This document shows positions 24,432-60,511 of a stretch of DNA of 64,000 nt, in pieces. The translations under genes and the position numbers were made by a program. This stretch comes from Macrostomum lignano (taxonomy: Eukaryota). Positions within the stretch are counted from its first letter, which is position 1. Each line of letters starts with the position of its first letter. The notes beneath the pieces were generated by a model that saw nothing but the letters and a program-made list of their open reading frames with translations, made no database searches and was not told where the DNA came from. The stretch lies in assembly GCA_002269645.1 (NCBI GenBank), contig NIVC01000808.1:372001-436000 (forward strand), given 5' to 3'.

Positions 24432-24446
24432 GTTGCTCATAGCAAC
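24432..24446. promoter_or_regulatory. RFX X-box-like motif in bidirectional promoter
   Basis: GTTGCT-CAT-AGCAAC, perfect inverted half sites, 151 bp upstream of the CCDC83 ATG. Confidence 0.6.
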
Positions 24447-24934
24447 AGTGCAATGCGCGCTGGGGCGCCGTACTCTTTCACTCTCTTCTTCTTCTCTGCT
24501 ACACACCTCACCCTCCTCCCCCAGCTACCCCAGACAGCGGTGTACGCAGATAAGGCTGCGCACCTGAGAGACTCCAGGTTAGACTTCTGGCTTCATCTGT
24601 TTTTCTCAATTCCATGAGACCACCGCTGCAAGCATACTTGTGCGTCCATCTAAACACAATGTCTCCCTGCGGTGGTTGGTGGGTGGGGGCTGACACGCCT
24701 TATGTCAGGCTCTGTCTGTCTGTCTGACTCTCCACCCCGACGGCCGCCTCCTCTGGGCTTTTTTGTCTCGCCGCTCCAGTCAAGTGGAAGGAGGAGAGCC
24801 CAGCGGATCAGCAGACAGACTTGGCGGACAAATCGCCTCGCAACTCCCCAGTCCGCTGATCCCCTCATCTAAGGATTAGGGAGGAAAAGAAGGGAGAAAG
24901 TTGAGGCAGGCGGGGGCGGTCGCGGCCTGACAGG

Positions 24935-27750
24935 ATGCAGAACTGCTACAACACGGACGCGCGCGGCGGTCGCAGACCAGCAGCGGAGGCCGCCGCCGCC
25001 TCAGACATCGACGAGCGACTGACAAGGCGACACCTGGAGACGCTGGAGTTTGCTCAGGAGATTGTGCGGCAGAATCGCGAGCTGAAGGCGGCGGTGCAGA
25101 CGCTCGAAGAGCAGCTGCTGGCGGCGACTAAGACGGAAGAAGCGGCTGGCGGAGGCGCACAGCACAAAAGCAGCCAGCAGATGGAGGACGAAACGCAGCA
25201 GCGGCTTAAGGAAATGCAGGTGAAAATGCAGGTCTCAAGGTTTTAAAGTTCTCAAAGGGGTCTCAGGGTCTGGAAGGTTCTCAGGGTCTGGAAGGTTCTC
25301 AGGTTCTGGAGGGTTCTCAGGGTCCGGAGGGTTCTCAGGGTCTGGAGGGTTGTCTGGAGGGTTCTCAGGGTCTGGAGGGTTGTCTGGAGGGTTCTCAGGG
25401 TCTGGAGGGTTCTCAGGGTCTGGAGGGTTCTCAGGGTCTGGAGTGTTCTCAGAGTCCGGAGGGTTCTCAGGGTCCGGAGGGTTCTCAGGGTCTGGAGGGT
25501 TCTCAGGGTCCGGAGGGTTGTCTGGAGGGTTCTCAGGGTCTGGAGGGTTCTCAGGGTCTGGAGGGTTCTCAGAGTCCGGAGGGTTCTCAGGGTCTGGAGG
25601 GTTGTCTGGAGGGTTCTCAGGGTCCGGAGGGTTCTTAGGGTCTGGAGGGTTCTTAGGGTCTGGAGGGTTTTTAGGGTCTGGAGGGTTCTCAGGGTCTGGA
25701 GGGTTCTCAGGGTCTGGAGGGTTCTCAGGGTCCGGAGGGTTGTCTGGAGGGTTCTCAGGGTCTGGAGGGTTCTCAGGGTCCGGAGGGTTCTCAGGGTCCG
25801 GAGGGTTCTCAGGGTCCGGAGGGTTCTTAGGGTCTGTAGGGTTCTTAGGGTCTGGAGGGTTTTTAGGGTCTGGAGGGTTCTCAGGGTCTGGAGGGTTCTC
25901 AGGGTCTGGAGGGTTCTCATTGTTTCGAGGTTTCTGATGGTTAGATTGGGCAGCAATCGAACATCACTCAGGCATCACCACTCCCTACTCATACTCTGAG
26001 CTGCCCTCTCGAACCCTCCCGACAGGATCTGTGCAACCAGCGAGTGGACGAGGTGGCCAAGCGACTGGCCGAGCAGCACGAGCGCGAGGTGGCGGCGCTG
26101 CTGCACGATCGGGCGGAGGCGGAGCGGACCTGGTACTCGGCCAGGCAGCAGGAACAGGCCGAGCTGCTCAAGTTGCAGACGGCGTTGCGCGACCGGGACG
26201 AGCTGGTGGCCCAGCTGGAGGCTCGGGTTGGGCAAAAGGCCGAGGCGCTGACAGCGGAGGCGGAGCGAGCGACGTCGCTGGAGGCGGCAGTGGCTGCGGC
26301 AGTCAAGGAGCGGGACGCAGCCAGGCGGTCGCTGACGGCGGCAGAGGAGCGCCGACGCGAGGAGGAGGTGAGAGACTGCCAATCAATCAGTCTGTAATTC
26401 ATTTTCACATGTACACATGCAGTCAGGCCTATTCCGCTGACGCCTGAGTGCACACATGCAATGGGATACACTCGAGCCCTGACTCCCCTAATGAGTGTTT
26501 TCTAACCCTGTGTATTGGGGCTTGCAGGGGCGTCAATGCAGGCTTTTTCAATTGAAGGGTGCGACAGCGGCTTTAGCACCAGGGGCTTTAGCACCAGGGG
26601 CTTTAGCACCAGGGGCTTTAGCACCTGCAGGAGCTTTAGCACCAGGGGCTTTAACACCAGGAGCTTTAGCACCAGGAGTTTTAGCACCTGCAGGAGCTTT
26701 AGCACCAGGGGCTTTAGCACCAGGGGCTTTAGCACCAGGGGCTTTAGCACCAGGGGCTTTAGCACCAGGGGCTTTAGCACCAGGGGCTTTAGCACCAGGA
26801 GTTTTAGCACCAGGGGCTTTAGCACCAGGGGCTTTAGCACCAGGGGCTTTAGCACCAGGGGCTTTAGCACCAGGGGCTTTAGCACCTGCAGGAGCTTTAG
26901 CACCAGGGCTTTAGCACCTGCAGGAGCTTTAGCACCAGGGCTTTAGCACCAGGGGCTTTAGCACCAGGAGTTTTAGCACCAGGGGCTTTAGCACCTGCAG
27001 GAGCTTTAGCACCAGGGGCTTTAGCACCAGGGGCTTTAGCACCAGGGGCTTTAGCACCAGAGGCTTTAGCACCAGGGGCTTTAGCACCAGGGGCTTTAGC
27101 ACCAGGGGCTTTAGCACCAGGGGCTTTAGCACCAGGGGCTTTAGCACCAGGGGCTTTAGCACCAGGGGCGCCAGCACTAGGGTCGCGGATTCGAACCTAG
27201 GTCCTGTGGCGCTAAAAGGCTTAACAAAGCAATCCATAGCACACCCACTGTGCCCCAAAAACAGGCCGCTCAACACGAGCTCAGCGCGGAGCGCCAGAAA
27301 TGCGCCGAGCTGCGACTTCGGCTCGACCAGCTGGCGCGCGACCGCGACGCCGACAGCCAGGCGGAGGCGGAGCGGCAGCGCCAGCTGGAGGACTGCCAGC
27401 GCGAGCTGGAGGAGCTGCGCCAGCGAGCCGAGCGGCTGGAACTCCGGCTGGCCGACTCGGAGCGCCGGCTGGCAGAGGCGCGCGCCCAAGAATCGCGCCT
27501 GGCTGCGGAGAACGCGGCACTCGAGGCCGAAATTGAGGCGCTGCGGCTGGCCGCAAAGCGCCAAAAACAGCCGGCGCCGCTGGCGCAGGCGCCAAAGCAG
27601 CAGGCGGCAACGGCGCGGGAGTCTGGCGACGCGAATTTTCGCGAATTCGTCGCCGTCAAACGGGAGGTGGCGGCGCTGCGTGAAGAGAACGAGCGGCTGA
27701 GGGGCCACCTGAGGACTGCCGGCTCCACCGGCAAGAAGACCAGGGACTAG
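24935..27750 (+). CDS. Uncharacterised coiled-coil protein, ~370 aa; exons 24935-25219 (or 25231), 26026-26367, 27265-27750
   Basis: Three GC-rich E/Q/R/A/L-rich ORFs joined by phase-0 GT-AG junctions (CCGACAG|GAT, GAG|GTGAGA, AAACAG|GCC); ends ...FREFVAVKREVAALREENERL...KTRD*. No family recognised. Confidence 0.8.
25255..25915. repeat. 18-bp minisatellite, intron 1 of coiled-coil gene
   Basis: Unit GGAGGGTTCTCAGGGTCT. Confidence 0.95.
26572..27177. repeat. 15-bp minisatellite, intron 2 of coiled-coil gene
   Basis: Unit AGCACCAGGGGCTTT; same family as 46291-46705. Confidence 0.95.
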
Positions 27751-27879
27751 CGATGGGGATGAGAGGAGTCTGTTGAGATTGTACTCAAAGAGAATAGTCA
27801 AATCTTAATGTGATTCTTGAGATTGTGGTGAGATTCCTGAGATTTTCATGAGTTTTTGTGAAGTTATAGATAGATTTGA

Positions 27880-28305
27880 GATTAAGATGAAATTTGTTAA
27901 ATTATGATGAGATTTGTGAGCTTATGATGAGATTTGTAAGATTATACTGAGATTTGTGAGATTACATTGAGATTTGTGAGATTATACTGAGATTTGTGAG
28001 GTTATGATGAGATTACAATGAGGTTTGTGAGATTATGTTGAGATTTGTGAGATTATGTTGAGATTTGTGAGATTATGTTGAGATTTGTGAGATTTTGATG
28101 AGATTTGTGAGATTTTGATGAGATTTGTGAGATTTTGATGAGATTTGTGAGATTATACTGAGATTTGTGAGGTTATGATGAGATTACAATGAGGTTTGTG
28201 AGATTACAATGAGGTTTGTGAGATTATGTTGAGATTTGTGAGATTATGTTGAGATTTGTGAGATTATGTTGAGATTTGTGAGATTTTGATGAGATTTGTG
28301 AGATT
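27880..28305. repeat. 20-bp minisatellite downstream of coiled-coil stop codon
   Basis: Unit GAGATTTGTGAGATTATGTT with variants. Confidence 0.9.
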
Positions 28306-28789
28306 TACATGTATTTTTACATGTATATGTATATGCATCTATAAATATTAAGTGCACGCGCACTAACTCCGTGCCTTAGCCACATGAACTTAACTTCAGT
28401 ACCCTACAGTTTAATTGAATTCAATTTGGCTTTTCTATTATTTTGTTGCATTAAAAACACAGCTGAAGGTGAAAGTGTGAAAATATTAAAAATGGACAAT
28501 AGATAATCAAGCATGCCATGACGCAGTGTGCTGTGTGAGAAATTTGTCAATACTACTAGTTAGTACTGGATTCGCGTATATTTGAACCCAATAAAATTTA
28601 TAGTTAAAACAATTAACAGATTTAGAGCGCGAAAAATATGTTCCAATAAATAATTAATTCGTCCTTCTGATCAAAAAAGTTTAAGAGAATCGATCACGAT
28701 TGTTAGAGATCATCATTGTGATGTAGCGAAATCGGGGTTGGGATTCTATTCGTTCTAGGATGGGATTCAAGACATCTGAAAATGGGATT

Positions 28790-29060
28790 CTAGATATCTG
28801 AGGATGAGATTCTAGATATCTGAGGATGGGATTCTAGATATCTGAGGATGGGATTCTAGATATCTGAGGATGGGATTCTAGATATCTGAGGATGGGATTC
28901 TAGATATCTGAGGATGGGATTCTAGATATCTGAGCACGGGATTCTAGATATCTGAGGATGGGATTCTAGATATCTGAGGATGGGATTCTAGATATCTGAG
29001 GATGGGATTCTAGATATCTGAGGATGGGATTCTAGATATCTGAGGATGGGATTCAGATTA
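28790..29060. repeat. 22-bp minisatellite downstream of MsrA
   Basis: Unit TGGGATTCTAGATATCTGAGGA. Confidence 0.93.
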
Positions 29061-29212
29061 TTCGAGAATGGGATTATAGATCACGTAGAATTTGTTGGCA
29101 GTCATCAAGTTCTTCCTTCCCAACAAGATAAAATCAGCAAGATCAGGACTCCTAATTACTCATATGGTTCAATTCTGAATATCAGGCCGCAGCCAAGAGT
29201 AACCAGTCAGTT

Positions 29213-31499
29213 CTATTTTCCGGGCAGCGCTGGGCAGGCCACCCCGGTGCCTCGCAGTCCGCAGTAGCCGTCGGGATGCTTGTGCAGGTACTGCTGGTGC
29301 TCGTCCTCGGCATAATAGAACTCCTTCAGCGGCGCAATCTCGGTGGTCACAGAGCCGCCGGGCGGCAGTTTAGCCTTGGCTACCAAAGCCTCGGAGTAAG
29401 CTCTGGCCGACTCAGCAACCAGCTGCGCCTCGGCCGAATCCGATGCCGAGTAGTAGATGGCGGACCGGTATTGCGTGCCGACATCGTTGCCCTGCCGCAT
29501 GCCCTGGTTGGGGGGAGGGGCAGAGCAGCTCAGCGTTGACGTGTCTGACTCTCGCGACAATATAGTTCTGTCCCAACATCCTTCCCAACTCCAACCGACA
29601 CTCCATATATCCGACACTTCATATCTCCGACACTCCATATCTCCGACACTTCATATCTCCGACACTTCACATCTCCGACACTTCACATCTCCGACACTCC
29701 ATATCTCCGACACTTCATATCTCCGACACTTCATATCTCCGACACTTCATATCTTCGACATATCATATCTCCGACACTTCACATCTCCGACACTTCATAT
29801 ATTCGACATTTCATACCTCCGACAGTTCATATCTCCGACACTTCATATCTCCGACACTTCATATCTCCGACACTTCATATCTCCGACACTTCATATATCC
29901 TTCATATATCCTTCTTCCTTCATTAGTGCATGAGCAGGTAATTACCAGCAAACAGCGCCGTTCCCATTAGCTGCTCACCTGAGTTGGATCGTGGCTCTCC
30001 CAGAAGGCCTTGAGCAGGCCAGTCAGCGGAAGCTCGGCGGGCCGGTACACAACTCGAACCACTTCGGCGTGGCCGGTGCGGCCGCTGCACACCTCCTTAT
30101 AAGTGGGATTGGGAGTGAAGCCGCCAGCGAATCCCACCTGCGGAGTTGTGAGGGGGCGCGAGCAGAGAAGTGAAGACTCAGTGACTGATAGACTCAGGAA
30201 AGAGTTGTGAACATAGTGTGCTAGGCCAGACGCCCGACACAAAGACCCAGGAGAGGCTGCGGTGTGCTGGGCCAGCTGACAGACACAAAGACCCAGGAGA
30301 GGCTGCGGTGTGCTGGGCCAGCTGACAGACACAAAGACCCAGGAGAAGCTGCGGTGTGCTACGCCAGCTGACAGACACAAAGACCCAGAAGAGGCTGCGG
30401 TGTGCTGGGCCAGCTGACACACAAAGACCCAGGAGAGGCTGCGGTGTGCTGGGCCAGCTGACACACAAAGACCCAGGAGAAGCTGCGGTGTGCTGGGCCA
30501 GCTGACAGACACAAAGACCCAGGAGAAGCTGCGGTGTGCTGGGCCAGCTGACAGACACAAAGACCCAGGAGAAGCTGCGGTGTGCTGGGCCAGCTGACAG
30601 ACACAAAGACCCAGGAGTGGCTGCGGTGTGCTGGGCCAGCTGACAGACACAAAGACCCAGGAGAGGCTGCGGTGTGCTGGGCCAGCTGACACACAAAGAC
30701 CCAGGAGAAGCTGCGGTGTGCTGGGCCAGCTGACAGACACAAAGACCCAGGAGAAGCTGCGGTGTGCTGGGCCAGCTGACAGACACAAAGACCCAGGAGT
30801 GGCTGCGGTGTGCTGGGCCAGCTGACAGACACAAAGACCCAGGAGAGGCTGTGCTGGGCCAGCTGACAGACACAAAGACCCAGGAGAGGCTGTGCTGGGC
30901 CAGCTGACAGACACAAAGACCCAGGAGAGGCTGTGCTGGGCCAGCTGACAGACACAAAGACCCAGGAGAGGCTGTGCTGGGCCAGCTGACAGACACAAAG
31001 ATCTTGGAGGCAGAGAGAGGGTGCACTGATTGGGACAACTACCTGTTGATAAGCACAAAGACTGCGGAAAGGACATTGAAATAAACAGGGCAAGCATTCA
31101 CGCGGGCTTCCCGGTTAACAATATTGTAATATTGCTATTGAATTATTGGATTCTGTCAATCACCTGCGTAGAATAAACGCCCTTCATGCGCCAGAACAGG
31201 CGCTCTGCGCCCCAGTAGCAGCCGAGGCCGAACACGATGCTGAGCGTGTCAGGCGGAAACGGCGGCACAGCGCTGTTGCCCTTCAGCACAGCGTGGACGT
31301 TAGAGACGCGCATGGGGGTTGCGCGGCCCGGCAAAGCCTTGTCAGGCGACACCAGCATGGCAGAGTCGAAGCAGCTGACTGGAGTCGAGGTCGAAGAGAA
31401 GGCGGAGGCCGACACAGCAGTGGCGATGGTAAATGTGGCTAGTTGAATTGCTGCTCGGCTAGCAACTCCCGCAACTTGTGAGCTGCAAACAAACTGCAT
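29213..31499 (-). CDS. MSRA: Peptide methionine sulfoxide reductase A; exons 31499 (or 31358)-31164, 30137-29979, 29503-29213
   Basis: [83 protein letters not shown]; phase-0 GT-AG junctions. Start codon uncertain. Confidence 0.95.
29590..29900. repeat. 16-bp minisatellite, MsrA intron 2
   Basis: Unit CTCCGACACTTCATAT. Confidence 0.93.
30235..31000. repeat. 41-46-bp minisatellite, MsrA intron 1
   Basis: Unit GACACAAAGACCCAGGAGAGGCTGCGGTGTGCTGGGCCAGCTGACA. Confidence 0.95.
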
Positions 31500-33084
31500 G
31501 CAAGTAAAAGCTAATTTGTTCATTCCAGCACAGCAGGAAAACAAAGCTTACAAGCATAGCAGCAATAAATTGGTATCAGAAATTGAGAATTAATGAATCT
31601 CCATTCATTCCAGTCTACGAGGTTCCTAATGATTAGGAATAATTGAATAAAGTAAAAAATAAAGTATAACAATAGTGACACAAGGAATGGGTGCTGAACA
31701 GTTGCCTTTAACTTAGAGAGAAGAAGATAAAGCTAAAAATGTTAAAAGGTGCCAAACTATTTTGCCAAGATACATACAAAGTCTCTAGCACTCTCATTGA
31801 AATTTGACCTATAGGATCAACCTACCTAATTTAATTTAAGTTGTACTGTTATATTGATGATATAAACTATTTTTTTAACTATTTTAGCTATTATTAGAAA
31901 TATAAACTTAAAATTATGTTAGATGGGTAATTCAAAAAAGATAATAATTGCTCAATTTGTTATTATATACTATAATTTATATAGTACTAAATACTATTGT
32001 ACTTATAAATTAGTATTTTAAAATTTAATAGGCTAATAGTAACTTTTAAGACATTCTATAAGTCTCATTCTATAAGTTTAGAAGCTTCTTATAATTAAAC
32101 CAAATCTTTTGAGCAGAAAATATATCTGATAATACATGTGATACACACCAATTAAATAGAGATAGAATTTTGGTGTATGTTAGGTATTTATTGAATGGAA
32201 TACACAAGATTATGATAAAAAGAGGCACAATAGAGCAAAAATCAGTTTATCAGATTCAGATACCAGTAAACCTAACACAAATCTAAAAATCTAACAACAA
32301 CAGACCACAAGCACTAGCTAGAATTATACTAAAGAGATTGACCTCAACTCAATTTTTAGCTTCCTAAGCTGTTCTGAGTAGGGCCTAAGGGTTTAATATT
32401 CAATACAATGGAAATGGAGCCACATATGCTGAGTCACAGATAAATGAAGGGAATTTTGTCTTAGGCCTATCTTTTTTCATCATCTAATATATATGACAGA
32501 TCTACTATAACTGTATTTTAATTTTAATATCTATACCTGTACCTGTACTGGCTGTACACCTGTATTTTAAAGAATCGTACGGTTTAGACTCAATGAAATA
32601 GTCACGGTGGAATAGAGATAAAAAGTGCACCCAGAAGAATATATTTTCAGTTAACTGAACGTGCTGAAAAATTGTGCAATTTATTGATCTGCTTATTGAT
32701 CGATCTAGTTGCAGCATTTCCTATAAAATCTGAAGATTGAAATCTGCATAATATTTGAACCGTATATCAAAAACTCCTGAATCCTAAAACATTTTGCCTC
32801 TAAAATTCTTGATTTTATAAAAGCTAGCAAAAACTAAAATAAAATCATATTTACTTTCGCTTTGACAACTCGCAAAGTACTGAATGTTATAATGGGCTCT
32901 TAGATACGGCCCGACTACTGGCTACTACTCGACACTCGACACTCAACAGACGTAAGCAATTTCAAAGACTAAGTAAGTCATTGAATAATTTTTGTACACT
33001 CAGTTCTTATACCGGTATTCAAATATCACGTTCTAAATATATAGGTAATAAACTTACAGAATTTTTTTTTTTATTTTTCTGTAC

Positions 33085-33430
33085 GAAGTTCTGCTGATTC
33101 GAAACCTTTAAGCCGGGGGCCGGGATGGCAAATTTTTTTACCTCGGGGGCCAGAAAGAGAACCTAGCGCATGACTGCGAGCCAAAGAAAAAGAGAGAGGA
33201 GAGGGAAAAGAGAAAATAGAAGATAGATAAGAGAAAGTAGAAGCGATGGAATAGATGGAGAGAGGAGAGAGGAGAGGGAGAGAGGAGAGAAGGAAGAGAG
33301 GAGAGAAGAAGAGACACAAACATTGAGCAGGCCGGATTGCTAATTGTTAAGTTTCAAAGGACCCGAGAGCCGGATAGAGAAGCTTCTCTGGCCGCACGAG
33401 GCCAGCAGGCCGGAGTTTGCCGACCTCCTG
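33085..33430. mobile_element. hAT-like non-autonomous element with AG-rich interior
   Basis: Right end GTTTGCCGACCTCCTG resembles the hAT TIR CAGGGGTCGGCAAAC; segment GAAGAGAC.CAAAC.TGAGC.GGCCGGATTGCTA.TTGT.AAGTTTCAAAG is shared with ~53605-53662. Confidence 0.55.
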
Positions 33431-33506
33431 CCTTATAAGCGGATGATGTACATGGACTCGACATGAATAGTAACACTAGATCAAGCATTACATCTACATG
33501 TATATT

Positions 33507-33686
33507 CAGGGACTACTCAAACACCGGGACGGGAAACTAAAATTTTTTTACGAGGCTGGCTGGCAATTATTTTCATTAGAGAGATGCTGTGTTACTTTGT
33601 TGTCTATGGTTATTTTCTACTGCTGATGATAGACCAGCCTCGTAAAAAAATTCTAGTTTCCCGTCCCGGTGTTTGAGTAGTCCCTG
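33507..33686. mobile_element. hAT-type MITE, 180 bp, ~53-bp TIRs
   Basis: TIR CAGGGACTACTCAAACACCGGGACGGGAAACTA...ACGAGGCTGG; 8-bp TSD TGTATATT at 33499-33506 and 33687-33694. Confidence 0.92.
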
Positions 33687-34433
33687 TGTATATTATAAAA
33701 ACTGAACAATCATCAAGTGGACAGTTTTCAATACATGGTGACTGCCCGGATTTGCCCTTACAACGTACAAAAAATTACCGCGCTCTGACAAAATAAAAAA
33801 TGCAATTTAGATAAAAATTCTATATAAAGTGCTCTAGACGCTACCTAACGTACCTTTCATTATCCATAGGCTTTAAAGAATCTGCATGAACATGTGCTAA
33901 ATAGCAGCTTTTTCTCGCCATTTTGCCAAATAATTTCAAAAGATATCAAAATTGTGCCAATTTTTGTTTCATTTGTCGGAAATAAAATCTGATGTAATTA
34001 TGTAGTACATTGAGACGCATCATAATTGTAAACGTACTATAAATTTAGCTGTCAAAGTCATTTTTCAAACACGATAATAAAAATCATTATATGGCTAAAA
34101 AGTTTATCTCCCTAAAATAATTACATTGCATTGAATATATATATATACTCGTACATGTAAGTCTTAGCAAGAAATCATAATTTCGTGACGTCTTATCATA
34201 ACAGACAGCACGTTAATTTTCACCGCAAATTTAAAAGCGCTCAATCAATGAAAATAAACAAAAGAAATACGGCGGATTTCAGATCTAAAAAACACATGCG
34301 TACAGTATAGTAATCCGAGTATGTAATACATATATGCATGTTTATCAATAGAATTCAACGTAAATGTGTTACACCAAATTTACTGTACCCCTGGCTGTCC
34401 TAATGACTATAGTACGCGGTGTACTTTAGATGA

Positions 34434-57195
<22,762 letters not shown>

Positions 57196-57574
57196 CGGTG
57201 CTGGTAACTGCAGAAGGCCGAGACCACTGTAGCGGGATGCAAGGGGATGCAGAGCAAGCTTCGAATATCTGATAGAAATTGAGGAGCATTTATTCTCTCC
57301 CGGCGACCAATCCGAGCGTATCCCATTGCTGCTCAGTTGGGAAGAAAAATGAGGGGAAGGGGAAGAGAGTAGGAGAACAGGGGCGACTCTAATTATCGTT
57401 ACGGTGGCCTTCCTAACCTTCTCTCTGAAAGACACTTGCCCTCATTCAGTTCTCATCCAGGAGCCGATCACCAAAGGGCAAAGGACTCTGTGGTACTGCA
57501 TATCTATGAGCCCAATTAATTGAGTGCAATAAATTTGTATAGCATCGAATAAATTCGGTTATTACGAAGATTTA

Positions 57575-58579
<1,005 letters not shown>

Positions 58580-58671
58580 TTACTATTTGATACAACAATT
58601 GCTTTTGGCAAGGAAGGCAGCCAATATTGCGCAGTCAGGATGCAAGTTTAAACCGTCGCCAGCAGCGCCAA

Positions 58672-59091
58672 CTAGCCATCACGGAGGATTTGCTCCTGCG
58701 AGCTGCCCGAGATTTGGCCGCCGGTTCGATTGCCGCCAGCGACAGCTGCGGTCGCAGCGGCGGCTGCCGCGGCCGCGTTGGCGCCGGGCACGGACGGCAG
58801 CAGGATGGTGGCCACGTGGCGGCTTTTCACGTGCCGATCGCGCAGTCTGGAAGCGTAGAAATCCTCGCGGTCCTTGGCCCGGTCCATGAAGCTGCCTAGA
58901 CAGTAGAGCATCGCGTTTACCATTAGGGTGGCGGCGACAGAGCTGAGTAGCACTATGGGGCCCATCTGCTCGCGAACGAAGCACTCATACAAACTTTCAA
59001 GGCTGTCCAGGCTAAATTGAGACTCGTCAATATTCAGCAGATCGCCCAGTTTGCATTCGACGAATAGTGCGCTTCCCGTAGCTGCCTGCAT
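58672..59091 (-). CDS. Candidate 139-aa single-pass membrane protein
   Basis: Non-repetitive ORF from ATG 59091; hydrophobic PIVLLSSVAATLMVNAMLYCLGSF followed by basic RAKDREDFYASRLRDRHVKSRH; acceptor TTCCTCAG| at 59137; ATTAAA ~120 nt after the stop. No homolog recognised. Confidence 0.5.
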   Translation of the reverse strand: MQAATGSALFVECKLGDLLNIDESQFSLDSLESLYECFVREQMGPIVLLSSVAATLMVNAMLYCLGSFMDRAKDREDFYASRLRDRHVKSRHVATILLPSVPGANAAAAAAAATAAVAGGNRTGGQISGSSQEQILRDG

Positions 59092-59480
59092 GTCGTTTTG
59101 GAACTGTTTTTCACGCCAAACTTCTAGCGATTTTAGCCTGAGGAATAATAGCTTGCAACTAGGCAAGAATTTCAATTCATTTTTGAAGGATTTTTCATTA
59201 TTTTTGAGACGAAGCTTCGGACCATAGACAGCTGATCCGGAGCAGACAAATTTAAAGTGTGCCCATCACAAACAGCCAATCGGCTAACGAGTCGAGTTCT
59301 TACTTTCTAGCAAGTACAATTCAACATGGAAGAAGGGGTGTTGCTTTTGCCGTGGGCTTGGCTGATTGCTACATGTAGTTTGGACTAACTGGTGTTTTAA
59401 TATATAATAATGCTAAGAGCTCAAGAAAAACTACAAAAATATTAAAGCACTATAGCATTCCAGCTGTGGCACTTTGACTA

Positions 59481-59928
<448 letters not shown>

Positions 59929-60301
59929 TTACTAGGTTACAATGCCTAAACGCAAATAAAAATTCGAAATTCTTTGTTGCACGTTGATAAAAACAGCTAG
60001 TTACTTTTTAATTCTGCTCTACGTTCGAATTATGCATTGTATATTACAATACCAATCTTAATAAAAAGTGTAAACTTTTAATTTAGGACTGTATTTCCTG
60101 ACCTCGCTGCTGCTGATACAACATGGGTTTCTTAAGACCGGGGCACAAAGATGAACTGGGGGCAACAAAGATCAAAGCTTACTAAAATTAAAATCGACAC
60201 AGATGCTATGAAATAGAAGATATTGTTCCTGAGCTCCAGACTCCGCACTCGCTATATGCACACAGCAGTCCATGGCCTATCATTCAGTCCCGCTTATTTA
60301 C

Positions 60302-60511
60302 TTTTCTCACTGCCAGCCTTTTTTAATTTTCCCGTCTCAACTCCCAAGAGCTTCAATCTCTCTCTTCTGTGCTCCATCTGACTGCTGCATCTTGTCGGCG
60401 TTTCCTGCTTTCTGTGCAGCTAATTTCCTGAATTTCCCGCAGTGGGGAACGGGGCAGGATCGGAGGAAGAGATTGCGTGGGAAGCTCGCCGAGTTCTAGG
60501 AGGTATTTATA
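60302..60511 (-). promoter_or_regulatory. Putative TATA promoter and non-coding first exon for the minus-strand PLC-beta unit
   Basis: TATAAATA at 60511-60504 followed by GC-rich sequence and donor GAAAA|GTAAAT at 60301. Confidence 0.35.

Noticed and set aside
27187-27250. Functional tRNA genes here, at 63835 and in the SINE heads
   Set aside because: Box motifs are present but no complete cloverleaf can be folded.
31218-31226. Selenocysteine form of MsrA
   Set aside because: The catalytic codon is TGC, not TGA.
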